NCBI GenBank assembly: GCA_024137785.1
Contig: JAHRHZ010000025.1
Span: forward strand, 23,420,219 to 23,484,218
Origin: Ginglymostoma cirratum
Taxonomy: Eukaryota
DNA: 64,000 nucleotides
Direction of reading: 5' to 3'
This document shows positions 1 to 12,404 of this stretch, piece by piece; position 1 is the stretch's first letter, and each line of letters begins with the position of its first letter. A model generated the notes under the pieces. The model searched no databases. It saw nothing but the letters and a program-made list of their open reading frames with translations, and was not told where the DNA came from. The translations under genes and the position numbers were made by a program.

Positions 1-35
1 AGGTGAGATTCCCAACATCTTAACGTCATGGTAGT

Positions 36-128
36 GGGTGGCATGGTGGCAGAGTGAGTAGCACTGCTGCCTCACAGCACCAGGGATCTGGGTTTGATTC
101 CAGCCTTAGGTGACTGTTTGTGTGGAGC
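36..128 (+). mobile_element. 5' fragment of HE1/V-SINE (tRNA-derived SINE)
   Basis: tRNA-like head gtggcagagtgagtagcactgctgcctcacagcaccagggatctgggtttgattcc followed by ggtgactgtttgtgtggag; same family as 13778 and 24795. Confidence 0.8.
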
Positions 129-887
129 AGCCAAAGACTCGGGCACAAACAGTGTCATGTAAAGGAAGTAGTTACCATATTTTTAAAGAATCCAGAACCT
201 TGCAGACTTAATCTCCAATTTTAACTGAGTCAGGTAATCTGAACTGGGCCTGCCTTCAAGGTATTTGTTCTCCTTGGTATTCACTGAGCTACATCAAAAA
301 CAGACATTCACCAATCATTACTAGACTTTCAGATATATGGTACTATTCGTTGAGTAATTCAACTCAGGTCGTATGTAAATCATGAGCACTGAAGTGAGGT
401 GTTAAGTAATTGTGGTACCACTTAGAGAGGCAAATTATCGAGGTGTATATACTCAGTAATCATGGAACACTTCTCATTCCAAATCTGAATAATTAACAGG
501 TAATGCTAATGCTCATAAATTGCCAAGAACTGTCTTGTCAGCAAGATAAATTTTCAGTAAATAGACATTTGAGTATTTCACATATGAAACTTATTTTAAT
601 TTGTTAAACACAACTTGTTTCTTTTTAACATAATATATTAAAATTGAATTTGAGTGGGATTATCATGTAACACTTCACTCATATGAGAAATTATATCATG
701 GTAGCAATAACAATCGTTATAAAATGCTCTTGGATTTCTCTATGCCGACACAACATTTGACACACCCTTAGCAAACATTCAAGAAGATGACTTCCATTTG
801 CACAGCATTGATGACGAACATTTAATAATGCCATCTGCATGGAGCAGCTCTGCAAGCAAACTGACTAAATCCAGTTTGACGTAAGCT

Positions 888-1171
888 TGAGAACAAAATG
901 AAGTCAAGGTTGTCAGAAGAAAGAAAAGAATCCATGGCCTCAGAAATGGAAAGAAACCTCCAGGCCATCAAAACTGGAAAAGATTCATTTGAGTAAGAAG
1001 TCTGTAAATTAAGATACGAGTGATACTTCATTAGGATTGAATGCCTGTAAATGATATTGCTGGGAAAAAGTTGAATATTTTTCTTGTTTGTGTTAAGATC
1101 TTTATAACTCATCAAATGTATAGAATTTTATTTTACTTTTGTTTAACAAACTTCCGTTTTTTTCCTAGAAG
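888..1171 (+). repeat. Inverted duplication, copy 1 (284 bp)
   Basis: Reverse complement of 1945-2228; ORFs 1041+ and 1878- encode near-identical peptides. Confidence 0.95.
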
Positions 1172-1657
1172 GTATATCAAAGATGGAAAGTGCACATGGA
1201 ATTTGCTAATCACAGCTGCTATTTCAAAGGGGAAAAATATCAAGTATCATTGGATTTAAATTTACAGCTAACATCCAATGAAGATTGAGCAGTGTGAGCC
1301 TTGTCCAGTAACACAGGATACTAACATCATTCTCCTGGCTTAGTTGTGCCTCAGAGTGCAAATGCAAAGATCACTGACATTTCAAGAAGTTCATCCACAT
1401 TTACTGCCAAAGCATGGAAAGTGTGACTATAATGCAAATGTACACCTGCTTTGATTTCAGGGAAATAGAATAAGGAGCAAGGAAATCATTTTTTTGACCA
1501 GTTCTATCAAGACCACACGCGTGTTTAATACACCTCCGCTTTGATGCACTGGAAAATTTAGTGTAGAACATTAAGGGTCAGGGTAAATCTTTGTTCTATA
1601 ACACAATTAAACACAGTCAGCACAGGTTCATCATGGGGAAGCATGTCTGAGGCTGTT

Positions 1658-1800
1658 ATAGAACATAGAACAGTACACCACAGTACAGGCCCTTCGGCCC
1701 ACGATGTTGTGCTGACCAATAGCCTACTAAGATCAAACTGCCCTGCATACCCTACATTATACTATCATCCATGTGCCTATCCAAGAATCACTTAAATGTA
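1658..1800 (-). mobile_element. CR1 LINE 3' end
   Basis: atagaacatagaacagtaca...caggcccttcggcccacgatgttgtg is the reverse complement of the CR1 3' tail with its terminal short repeat. Confidence 0.75.
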
Positions 1801-1944
1801 TCTGTTATGATCCCAGCTGATGGTAAAACTAGACAAGACAGAATCTAGAGTGAAATCTGGCTTGGTAGATCCTAATTTTATTTTTGTGCATTTGGTACTA
1901 TGCTAGTCAGCCACTGATTATGTTTGCACAAGGCTGCTAATATT

Positions 1945-2228
1945 CTTCTAGGAAAAGAACAGAAGTTTGTTAAACAAAAGTAAAATAAAATTCTATACAT
2001 TTGATGAGTTATAAAGATCTTAACATAAACAAGAAAAATATTCAACTTTTTCCCAGCAATATCATTTATAGGCATTCAATCTTAATGAAGTATCACTCAT
2101 ATCTTAATTTGAAGACTTCTTACTCAACTGAATCTTTTCCAGTTTTGATGGCCTAGAGGTTTCTTTCCATTTCTGAGGCCATGGATTCTTTTCTTTCTTC
2201 TGACAGCCTTGGCTTCACTTTATTCTCA
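1945..2228 (-). repeat. Inverted duplication, copy 2 (284 bp)
   Basis: Aligns by eye to 888-1171 with scattered substitutions. Confidence 0.95.
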
Positions 2229-2816
2229 CAACCTTGATTTCTACCAACTAAAACTCACAGTTTGGAGAATTCAACAGAATAACCTAAACTTCGGCTGGTA
2301 TGAAAGTGTCCTTTTCAACACATCTTACGCTGGCCTCTGGCCATTTGTTTGCATCTAGCTAACATATTTCAGCATTGTAGACATTCATCAATTAACTCCT
2401 GAAGTATCCAAACAAATCACTTAACTTAAATTGCACGCTTTCTTGGAAATCATGTACTGAATTTTACCAAAAAAATTGGCCATGTGCCCATCTTGGCAAG
2501 TTTCAAAGATAGTTTCTGTCTGTGAGCTTTAGTGAGTGATCTCAGCAATTCTGTTGCTCATGTCTGCTGGGGCCTTTTGGGATTTCTGCCACTGGTGCCA
2601 TATTTAAAATCCAGCTCTGCATTGCATCAACTGCTACCAGCTGTGAAAAGTCCTTCACAATACATATAGTGGGAGTGAAAAGAAGAAGAAATGCTTCTGA
2701 GGGCACAAGGTCTGTACAGCTAATATTTCACTGGAAATAGAATCTCACATCTGTAAATGTATTGCTACTTTACATCACCTGTCTGATCAAACATTATTGT
2801 ATATAAGCTACGGGAA

Positions 2817-2914
2817 TGAAACCACACAGCCTCCCTGTCCCGATTGTCCTGAAACCACACAGCCTCCCTGTCCCGATTGTCCTGAAACCACACAGCCTCC
2901 CTGTCCCGATTGTC
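2817..2914. repeat. Perfect tandem repeat, 3 x 33 bp
   Basis: Unit tgaaaccacacagcctccctgtcccgattgtcc at 2817, 2850 and 2883 (last copy 1 nt short). Confidence 0.97.
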
Positions 2915-3439
2915 ATATTATTTGAAGAAATCCCTTTCCCTAAGGTCCAGCTTGGCATGATATCTTGTCATTGCTCAATGGGGGAAGCATTATATGTTTC
3001 AAACTGTTAAAAGTTCATCCAACAACAGAAAACAAAACAACAATAAAGCTGCGTTTGCTTCTGGGAGCTAATAGAGACAGCATTCAGTAAAAAGAAATCA
3101 ATGAATGATCACTGCACCTAACACACATCTATTGAAAGTGAGTGTCAATTGAGTCCTATCTGGCTTGTTGTGCCTAGTGTAGCATTGCTCTATTAGGGTG
3201 AAAGTGATTGACCTCCCACTCAGTGCCCTCATCTTCCTCCTCAGAAGATGCTGCCACTCTCCCAGTCCCTCAGCATCCATGACATTCCCTCTTTGCCTAC
3301 TCCAGTTGTGCAGGGCACAAGTGTGTTAGGATTATGCTGCACACTCTTACTAGCGTGTACTGCAATGAAGTCCCAGATTAATCCCAGCATCAGGATATCA
3401 TCTTCAGAAAGCCTATCATACGATGACCCTGGTAGGAGA

Positions 3440-4150
3440 AAGGGCTGCTTTGTGTCTACGCTCTGCCTCAATCAGGGGGTTGTCGTCAGGCATTGTTGTA
3501 GAGTGTAGACCTTGTCTCCCAATGCCATTCTTGTGAAGGCATTAAACCTTTGAAATGAAGCAGAAACATGGGAATTATGGTAGCATGGTAGTTTCCAGGG
3601 TACCTGACACAGAATTCTAAGATGTAGTACCAATGATCACAGATTGATTTGTACATTGGTGAAATGGACCTCTCTTCTAATGATGAAGTCCACTGCATTA
3701 CAATGCGGAGCCCTCAATGTGATGTGTGTACAGTCTATAAGACCCTGCACCTGGGGATGCCAGCAATGTTGGCAAAGCCTACTGCCCGGGCATTGAGAGG
3801 AAAACAAGATGAAGTGGTGTGATCTGTCAGAAATTGGAATAAACTTGAATACGTCTGTGTGTCGAGGGTTGTGAATTCCACAGGTCTTCATTGAATCGTT
3901 GGAAACAGCCATGGAATCATTGCAAACAAATTTAACATGGCTGTCACCTTGATAGCCACCAGGATAGGTTGGCCACCCGGCCTTTCAGTTTGCAGGTCTC
4001 ACTCCAGCAGATGGCATAGTTCAGTGACAATGTCCTGGAATATCTTCAGACTGAGAGCGACACTGCGGCTCACTCATCTGGCGGAAATGTTGTTGAGGAT
4101 GATAGCATCTGAGCCTCCTCCTTCTCTTTTTTTTTCATACCCAGGGGACT
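3440..4150 (-). mobile_element. Decayed PIF/Harbinger DDE transposase (HARBI1-like)
   Basis: Frameshifted peptides IVTELCHLLE*DLQ..VAIKVTAMLNLFA, QVQGLIDCTHITLRAP, ICDHWYYILEFCVRYPGNYH and ALGDKVYTLQQCLTT match Harbinger motifs GAIDGTH, WPGSxHD and LGDxGY. Confidence 0.85.
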
Positions 4151-4899
4151 TTCACCTGCAACGTATTCATGTGGAGGCTCCAGCCCCTGGAGGATGTTGC
4201 TGGTCCTGGGCTTGCTGTGACAATGACCCCTGTCGTGTCTCCAGTGCATGAGATGGGTGTCTATCCTGTGAGCAAAGTGGCCTGGCATCAGCATTACAAT
4301 GCTGGTGTATCCAAGGTGTAGTATTGAAGTGGGGAATGTACTCCAAATCAGTCAGAGATGTGTCTTAATGATGTGGTGAGGCTAGTGCATATCCAATGCC
4401 AAACTTTATGGACAGGGAGTGCAGGTGCTCACTGCCCATGGAGTGAACCTTGCCATGCCTGGGGTGAAGCCACAGAAAACCAAGTGGCGAGCTGGAGTCA
4501 CCAAGGATCTGCCCAGGGTCTCGTGTTGGGGAATACTGCTGTCTAGTTTCTCACCATCATGTGGGAGAATAGCAAGCTGCATTGAAATGAGGTGAGAACA
4601 CGTAATGGTAGATGTTAATTGTGTAAATGCGTCCCTCATCACTTTTGTCTTGTGGTTGAAACCTTGGGTGGAAAATCGAATTTCTATTTTTTTAAACACC
4701 GAGAATCTCATTTTCCCGACTTCACCATGTTTTCCAAAATACCTTGCTGTTGCCCACGTTGTTCAGACAATGGAATCATTCAGTACCGTGGGTGGAAGTA
4801 CTCGTCACTCATCAGACTCCTGGGCTTCCCAGCACTGGCTCTATTTGTAGAACATGGTCGTACACCAGGTTAAGGGTTGTCAGTCCAGACATGGTTCTG

Positions 4900-5110
4900 C
4901 ATAGCTCCAGTGACTTAGCCTGGAATCACGATCGCTCCACAATTTACTATATCAGTCCTGGTGGATGGAATGGAGTAGAGGAAGCCCGTTCTCTTCCTTC
5001 AGGACCAGCAGAGGAGACTGTAACACCAGATCATGCCAGTCTGGTCCAAAGTTGCCAAGAGATTTGAAGACTGCTTGTGCTCAAGATCAATGCATGAAGT
5101 TCACAGACAG
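4900..5110 (+). mobile_element. Decayed Harbinger second gene (Myb/SANT-like DNA-binding protein)
   Basis: VLVDGME..PVLFLQDQQRRL*HQIMPVWSKVA resembles NAIF1/MSANTD-type trihelix; divergent from the adjacent transposase; homolog at 45790. Confidence 0.65.
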
Positions 5111-5373
5111 CATTTTGTGATACAGGTGTCTTTCCTCTGTTCTGTGAGGGTATCTGTTGCTATTTGAAAAACCTCACATTGCACACAGGTGAATCGCTCT
5201 TCCTCAATGAATGAAACACTTACTCAGCACACTCCAGATGTGGTGGTAGCCATTTTCATTTCCATTGCCCACCTGCTACTTGGATGACGAGGAAAGGACA
5301 CAGCGGTGACTTTTCACTGAGTCACAGCCTCAGTGTCCTAGTATAGGTGACCCCCAAATCTTCATATTGTCTG

Positions 5374-5610
5374 ACAAAAATAGAAATTGCTGGAAAAGCT
5401 CAGCAGGTCTAGCAGCAACTGTGAAAAGAAATCAGAGTTAAAGTTTCGGGTCAAGCTTCCCTTCCTTAGAACTTCTCCAGTTCTAAGGAAGTGTCACTCA
5501 ATCCAAAACATTAACTCTGATTTCTCTCCACAGATGCTGCCAGACCTGAGCATTTCCAGCAATTTCTATTTTTGTCTCTAATTTACAGCATCTGCAGTTC
5601 TTTCGATTTT
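5374..5610. mobile_element. Fold-back PLE-derived mini-element with degenerate hammerhead cores
   Basis: Arms about 5374-5473 and 5479-5577 are inverted repeats; only the right arm has the cagcatctgcagttc tail; ttcatatt at 5361 and 5615 is a possible TSD. Confidence 0.8.
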
Positions 5611-6663
5611 TATTTTCATATTCCGTTCTTAATTGCTCTCCATGTCATTGCAACAGCTTTGATCTTCCTCATATTCTCACCCAAACCATTTATTTAACAG
5701 ATCATTTCCCTATTATACACCTGAGCCCCAGTCATACCATGTTGTCAACCAAACATAATAACATATTGTCCTCCCATTGAAGTCAGGATGGTGCTGACTT
5801 TAGATGAACCACCCTCCTGTATTATCCCTTTCGCTCCCACTGCTATGTCATCTCTTCCCATAACATACTGAGTTTCCACCCTTCACAATTTTAATCCCCC
5901 TGCATCGTCTGCATGTTGGCACCAATCCCCACAATTGAGATCCCCACCTTCCCATCTCTAGCGTGGTCCTGATAACCCCTTTGACCTTCAGTGGACAGCC
6001 CCCAGCTGATGAATGAACAGATCACTGACTGATCCCTGTTCATTTCCCAGCTGACTTACTGTCAATCCCTGGACTGGTATCACTTGACCTTGGCCAACAA
6101 ACTGTGTTCAAGCCCCTGGACTGATATCAGATGATGCCCTTGACTTACTGTGTCAGGATGCCTCTTCTGAAGACTGTCTCCCCTGACTTAACTGAGAACC
6201 AGTCCTTTTAGAGTTTCAGACATGGCCGTTTAGTTGAAGCCCATGCAGTGTTTTTGCTATGTATGTTGCTGGCACGTGGTGCACATGTGATGTTGGCGCA
6301 ACATAGAGTTGTACAGCAGCATGTGCACCCCTTTAATGGCCTGCTGCTGACAACGGGAAAAAAAGTTGCTATGTATCTGTGCCAAAAGGAAAGGCAAGAT
6401 GAAGTGCTGTGAGCCTTTAAGCTGTAGCTAATAAAAAATGTGCAAAAAGGCATGGCAATGCAAGGCACAGATGTTGTCAGCGTCCAAACGGGCATAAAGT
6501 CAGTCAGTCCTAAGAGACAAAGCAAGGAGCCAAGATAAAGCTGAGTTAAATTCATGCAGTGGGTAATTGTCCATGTGTCCTGGCAGCAAGATTACAATGA
6601 AAAGTGTTGCTGCTCTCCAAATTGCAGTATTAAAGTACAGAACTGTGATGTAAGTTGGTCAAA

Positions 6664-7115
6664 GATGTATCAAAACAGAACAGTGACATTGGTATATGTA
6701 TGATGCCAATATCCATGATCACTGACAAGTGTCTTGCATCTTTGTTGCTCAATGCTGTAACATACTCAGGCAATTTTGCAAGACTCCAGTCTGAGCATCA
6801 GGAACAGTGACAAACATAAGACGACAGTACTATAGTTCCGATTCTCCATTCTGCCCTAGCTCACTGCTGGAGATTTTCAGCACAATGAGTGGAAACTGGA
6901 ATAACAACCATTGCTGCCTTGCCCTTAGTATACATCATCAACAAAAACAACTATTTCTAGATGGCCTAGTAATTATATCTTGTCAGTAATATTTGATGAG
7001 AAGCACCAGAGATGAATGTAGCTATGCAGTTACAACATTTCCTGATCACGCAATCAGATGTGATGTATCAAAACAGAACAGTGACGTTGGTACGTGTATG
7101 ATGCCAATATCCATG
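6664..7115 (+). repeat. 341 bp duplicated block (6717-7057) flanked by 54 bp direct repeats (6664-6717, 7062-7115)
   Basis: Block matches 8575-8916 (ORFs 6807 and 8666 differ by one residue); flanks gatgtatcaaaacagaacagtgac...atgccaatatccatg. Confidence 0.95.
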
Positions 7116-8574
7116 GATGAGCTGCAGAAGTGGTCACTGCCTTTGAGCATGCCCTGATTGCTGTCGAAAATGAAGGCCCAGAGCAAAAGCAAGTGGTGAG
7201 CTGGCATTGCCAGGTATCCATTCTGACTATCATATTGACAATTGCCAGCATCCAATTTCTATCCAGAATATGGCAGAGTAGGAAAATGCTTCTTATTGAG
7301 GTGGGATGAGGTGCCAATGACATGCTAATGCATGCTGTAAATAAACCACTTTCTGCTCACTCGGAAGATTCTTGTCTTGCTGTTCAATATTTGGATGAGA
7401 AATGACACTTCTTTCTCTCTGCATTGAAACCCTCATTTTGCTGACCTTGCTATGCTTTCCCAACTGACTCATAAAAGCCTACATTATTTAGGAGCCTGGA
7501 CGATTCTGCCTATGCTGTCAATTCATTGTTTCAACTGACTTTCCGACCTCTTCAGAAAGACAAGTAAATTGCCTTTACAAAACTGAAACAAAAATCGACT
7601 TTACCTTTAATTTAAAGTCTAAAATTCCAAATGGTAAGAGTATGTTTTAAATCTCCATCACAAAATGAGAAAGAAACTCAAGAAGTTGAAATACTGAGCC
7701 AGCATCTCATCTAAAACTCAATTATTTGTGGTATCCTGATTTGCAGCAGAACGTTATATACGCATCGGAACCCTACCAGACGATAACATGGCTGCCAACA
7801 AGAAGTCAGCCTGTCAAACAGACTGGCCGTCAGAACAGAAACTACAGAAAACAATTAAATGGCCAGCCTGGAGCAGGTATGTGCAGGACCTCTGACAAAC
7901 AGATCATTCTGGATTTGCTGTCCAGCTGTCTACCCACTCTGACAGCAATCAGGTCCATTTAATTAGGTCTTGAACACACTGACCAAAAAAAAGCTAATAC
8001 CTACGCAATATTACAGGTGTGAAAAAGTCAAAAATGTGCTGAATGCCAAATACAAAATGGGCTTAAATCCCTAATGGAAACCGTAGCGGTGACATACACC
8101 TTGTTTAAAGGATTAAACTAAAGCAAGCCAATGGAGAAGTCACGTGCCGATTATATGTGACTGAGATGTAGACTGAGGGTGGAGCTCAAAATTTATCAAG
8201 GGATGTACTTAATGTAATCATTTGATTTCAATGAAGTGTAGCCTCTTGTGGCCTAGCTAATTCCCAGGTCACCAAATTAGGCAAGGTGCCAAGTGGGCAC
8301 ACGATGTCACATGCCCGATTCCATGCCCCAATGCAGTAAGGCTTCCCATCATCAACTGATCCTCATAAAAGCCCTGGTTATCATATTCTTTCAGACTTGA
8401 GGGGATCAATTTATGATTTTGTGTCTATAACGAACTGCAAGATTTGTGAAAATTGAGAGGTTCCCATGCCACCTGTTGTCGTGTATGTTGCAAGACCGTC
8501 AGTGCTTTTCCAATTATTATGGCTGATTTCAATTCATTTCTCAAATCCAAACACTGCAAATGTTTGAATGTAAA

Positions 8575-8916
8575 GATCACTGACACAGTGTTTTGCATCT
8601 TTGTTGCTCAATGATGTAACATACTCAGGCAATTTTGCAAGACTCCAGTCTGAGCAGCAGGAACAGTGACAAACATAAGACGACAGTACTATAGTTCCGA
8701 TTCTCCATTCTGCCCTAGCTCACTGCTGGAGATTTTCAGCACAATGAGTGGAAACTGGAATAACAACCATTGCTGCCTTGCCCTTAGTATACATCATCAA
8801 CAAAAACAACCATTTCTAGATGGCCTAGTAATTATATCTTGTCAGTAATATTTGATGAGAAGGGCCAGAGATGAATGTAGCTATGCAGTTCCAACATTTC
8901 CTGATCATGCAATCAG
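8575..8916 (+). repeat. Second (probable donor) copy of the 341 bp block
   Basis: Near-identical to 6717-7057, without the 54 bp flanks. Confidence 0.95.
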
Positions 8917-9760
8917 TGTAACAAGATAGTAACTCTTCATCTTATTTTAACAGAAAACGTCATTTTGAAGTTGGGTGATAACATACCATGCATAATATTA
9001 TCTCCATCACAGGTTACACACTTATGATTAAAGGGAATTCCTGTGGCCAAGCTATAATAATACATTTGACTGTATACGCCCAAAGCCAGAATTACCATAG
9101 TGATCCTTTCAAGTCTAGTTTATAATATTTTAGGATGAATTTTACAACACAACTTAAAATATGGTAAGATCAAGCCAGCAGTCGAAGTCTAGTAATGTGT
9201 AGCCAAGAGCCTCTTAATAAAGTTGGTGTTCTTAATGTATTTGAAATATTTATTTTTTTTAAAAACAGTAGCTTCTATGAACATCTTTTGCAATGGATGA
9301 ATTGGGTTTTAGTGAAGCAATGAACGTTTGAGGCTTAATTTTGATTGCTAATGATTTGTGTATGGTGCCTAAGTCGAAAAATCAAGTCATGGCTGGCTTT
9401 TTGTACCTCAGGTTATCTCAGGAAGAATCAAGCAGCAGCCAAGCCACATTTTATTTCTGTAGCCAAATTCAGCAAGCCAAAATGAGAAGGAATTAAGTTA
9501 ACAAACAATTAAAAAGAAATCAAACGAGCAACTGTATGATTCTATAGCCCAAAAATAATTTATTAAGTATTGGCCTCCAAGGTTTGTATCAACTCCTCTG
9601 GTTATAAAACTGTGGACGATCCTCAAAAAACCTGTTAATTAAACTTATATAGTTGGGAGGCATTGGCCCAGATATTGGGCTCAGGCCCATTGTGTAGTCC
9701 AGGCTCAGATTGACGCCCAGTTACAGGAAGGATATTATTAAGCAGGAGAGGGTTCAGAAC

Positions 9761-10425
9761 TGGAGTCACAGGTAGACAGGATAGCAAAGGCAGCGTTTGG
9801 CATGCTTGCCTTTATTGGTCAGTGCATTGAGTACAGGCGTTGGGAGGGTATTTGTGGCGGTACAGCACACTGGTTAGGCCACTTTTGAAATACTGCATGG
9901 AATTCTGGTCTCCCTGCTATAGGAAGTGTATTGTGAAACTTGAAAGGGTTCTGAAAAGATTTACAAGGATGTTGCCAGGGTTGGAGGGTTTGAGCTATGG
10001 GGAGAGACTGAATAGGCTGGGCTATTTTTCCCTGGAGTGACGAGGCTGAGGGATGACCTTATAGAGGTTTATTAAATCATGAGGGGCATGGATTGGGTGA
10101 ACAGACAAGGTCATTCCCCAGAGTATGGGAGTCCAAAACCAGAGGGCATAGGTTTAAGATGAGAGGGGAATGATTTAAAAAACCTAAGGGCCACTTTTTC
10201 ATGCAGAAGGTGATGCATGTATGGAATTAGCTGCCAGAGGAAGTCGTGGAGGCTGGTACAATGACAACATTTAAAAGGCATCATGATGGGTACATGCGCA
10301 GGAAGTCTTTAGAAGGATATGGGTCGCATGCCGGCAAATGGAACTAGATTAATTTAGGATATCTGATCAACATGGATGAGTTGGACCAACGAGTCTGTTT
10401 CTGTGCTGTACAGCTCTATGATTCT
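9761..10425 (+). mobile_element. CR1 LINE 3' fragment
   Basis: YSTLVRPLLKYCMEFWSPCYRK..LERVLKRFTRMLPGLEGLSYGERLNRLG and CR1 3' tail. Confidence 0.9.
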
Positions 10426-10427
10426 AA

Positions 10428-10895
10428 GAGATTTACCAGGCTGTTGCTGGGCATGGAAGTTTTGAAGTTATAAAGAAAGGCTGGATAGGCTGGGACTTCT
10501 TTCCCTGGAGTGTAGGAGGTTGAGATGCGAACTTATAGAAGTTTATAAAATAATAAGGAGTATAGATAGAATTAATGGTAGTTTTCTTTTCCCTAAAATG
10601 GGGGATTTCAAGACTAGGGGGCATATTTTTAAGGTGAGAGGAAAAAGATGTAAAAAAGATACAAGGGGTAAATTTTTTACACAGAGGGTTGTTAGCATAT
10701 GGAATGAATTTCTTGGGGAAGTGGTGAATATGATACAATTACAATTTTTAGAAGACATTCAGATAAGTGCATGAGTAAGAAAGTTTTGGAGGGATATGGG
10801 CCAGGAACAGGTAGTTGGGACTAATTTGGTGTGGGTTAATGGTCAACATGGACTGGTTGATCAAAGGGTCTCTTTCCGCGCTGGATGACTCTGTA
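10428..10895 (+). mobile_element. CR1 LINE 3' fragment (abutting second copy)
   Basis: LIEVYKIIRSIDR..TRGHIFKVRG..FFTQRVVSIWN. Confidence 0.9.
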
Positions 10896-10974
10896 ACAGC
10901 TATGCACACCAGAACTAAGAATTGACAGAAATTAGCCGATGAGCCTCATTTGGCTCATTGTGGGAGGGGGGTTC

Positions 10975-11345
10975 ATAGGGTTAGTGTTATTAGATGGGTC
11001 ATCCAGGACCCCAAGCTAATGCTTTGGGGATGTGGGTTTGAAAGCTACCATGGCAGATGATGAAACATTAATTCAATAAATCTGACTTTTTTTATTTAAA
11101 AAAGCTGTAATAATGGTGACCTTGTAATTATTTTCAATTGTCTTAAAGGCCCATTTGTTTCGCTAATGCCCACTGGGGAAGGAAACCATCATCCTTATAC
11201 GGTTCAGTCTACATGTGAATCCACACCCGCAGGTACGTGGTTGGCCCTTAACTGCCCTCTCAAATTATCTAAGGAGCCAATTAGTTCAAGGGCAACTAGG
11301 GTTGGGCAACAAATGCTGGCCTTGCCAGTGACACCCATTTCCCTT
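10975..11345 (+). mobile_element. tRNA-derived SINE, probably MetaSINE-type
   Basis: Core ggggaaggaaacc..ccttatacggttcagtctacatgtgaatcca..gtggttggcccttaactgccctc; 3' tail shared with the LINE ending at 55197; second copy at 51210. Confidence 0.7.
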
Positions 11346-11699
11346 ACAAAAATTTTAAAAACTCACCTCAATTTCAACACTTCAACAGACAGCTTCAATA
11401 AAGAGTGGACAACAATTTTAGGCTGCTCCGTCATTGTCAGAGGCCCTTAGGTAAGTACTGGAAGGATGTTTTGGAGTGGGCTACAACAGAGGTTGTGGTG
11501 ACACAGCACCTATGGAATTGGAAGGACCCTTTCACCTCCACGTGGGTCCAGTTCAACACTTTCAATTTGTGAATTGGAGTAGCCATTGAGAGAAACACAT
11601 CTGTGGCTACAACTATTATCAGCAGCAGGTGATAGGCCTCAAAATACCTTTCAAACTCTCACCTGCTGCTGATGCCCAAAGAAAATGTTCCACAAATCT

Positions 11700-12228
11700 A
11701 TTAAAGGACTACAATATAAAAGTAGGGATCTACTTCTGAGGCTTTGTAAGGCTCTGGTCAGACCACACTTAGAATACCGTGAGCAATTTGGGCCCCGTAT
11801 CTCAGGAAGGAAGTACTGGCCCTCCAGCAGGTTCATGAGAATGATCCCAGGATTAAAGGTTTAATATATGAGCAATGTTTGAGGACTCTGGGTCTATACC
11901 TGATGCACTTTAGAAGGATGAGGAGGGATCTAATTGAAACTTACAGAATACTGAACTGCCTGGATAGAGTGGACTTTGGGAAGATGTTTCCATTAGCAGG
12001 ACAGACTGCAATCCAAGGGCACAGCCTTAGAGTAAAGGGAGGACCCTTTAGAACAGAGATGAGGAGAAAGTTCTACAGCCAGAGAGTGGTGAATCTATGA
12101 AATTCATTACCACAGAAGGCTGTGGAGGCCAGCTCATTGAGTATATTTAAGACAGAGATAGGTAGGTTCTTGATTGTTAAGGGGGTCAAAGGTTAGGGGA
12201 AAAAGTCAGGAGAATGGGGTTGAGAAAA
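11700..12228 (+). mobile_element. CR1 LINE 3' fragment
   Basis: ALVRPHLEY; RRMRRDLIETYRILNCLDRVD..GHSLRVKG..FYSQRVVNL. Confidence 0.9.
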
Positions 12229-12404
12229 CTACCAGGGTGCCTTCCATTCTGACAGGTTCCTTAGAGCAGAGAACAGTCAAGTAAAGGCAAATTATGTCCC
12301 CATTTTCAAGGCAGGTAATTGCTATATTCTGAAAGTTAATGGTCTAGAATCACAGACAGCTACATTGACAGCTGCTGTCAAAAAGGTAACTAAGTAGTTA
12401 AGTG

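Noticed and set aside
2817-2914. 33 bp repeats as a CRISPR array
   Set aside because: No spacers, no cas genes, eukaryotic context
6807-6989. Duplicated 60 aa ORF as a small gene family
   Set aside because: GTG start, no recognisable motif; identity is explained by the recent DNA duplication
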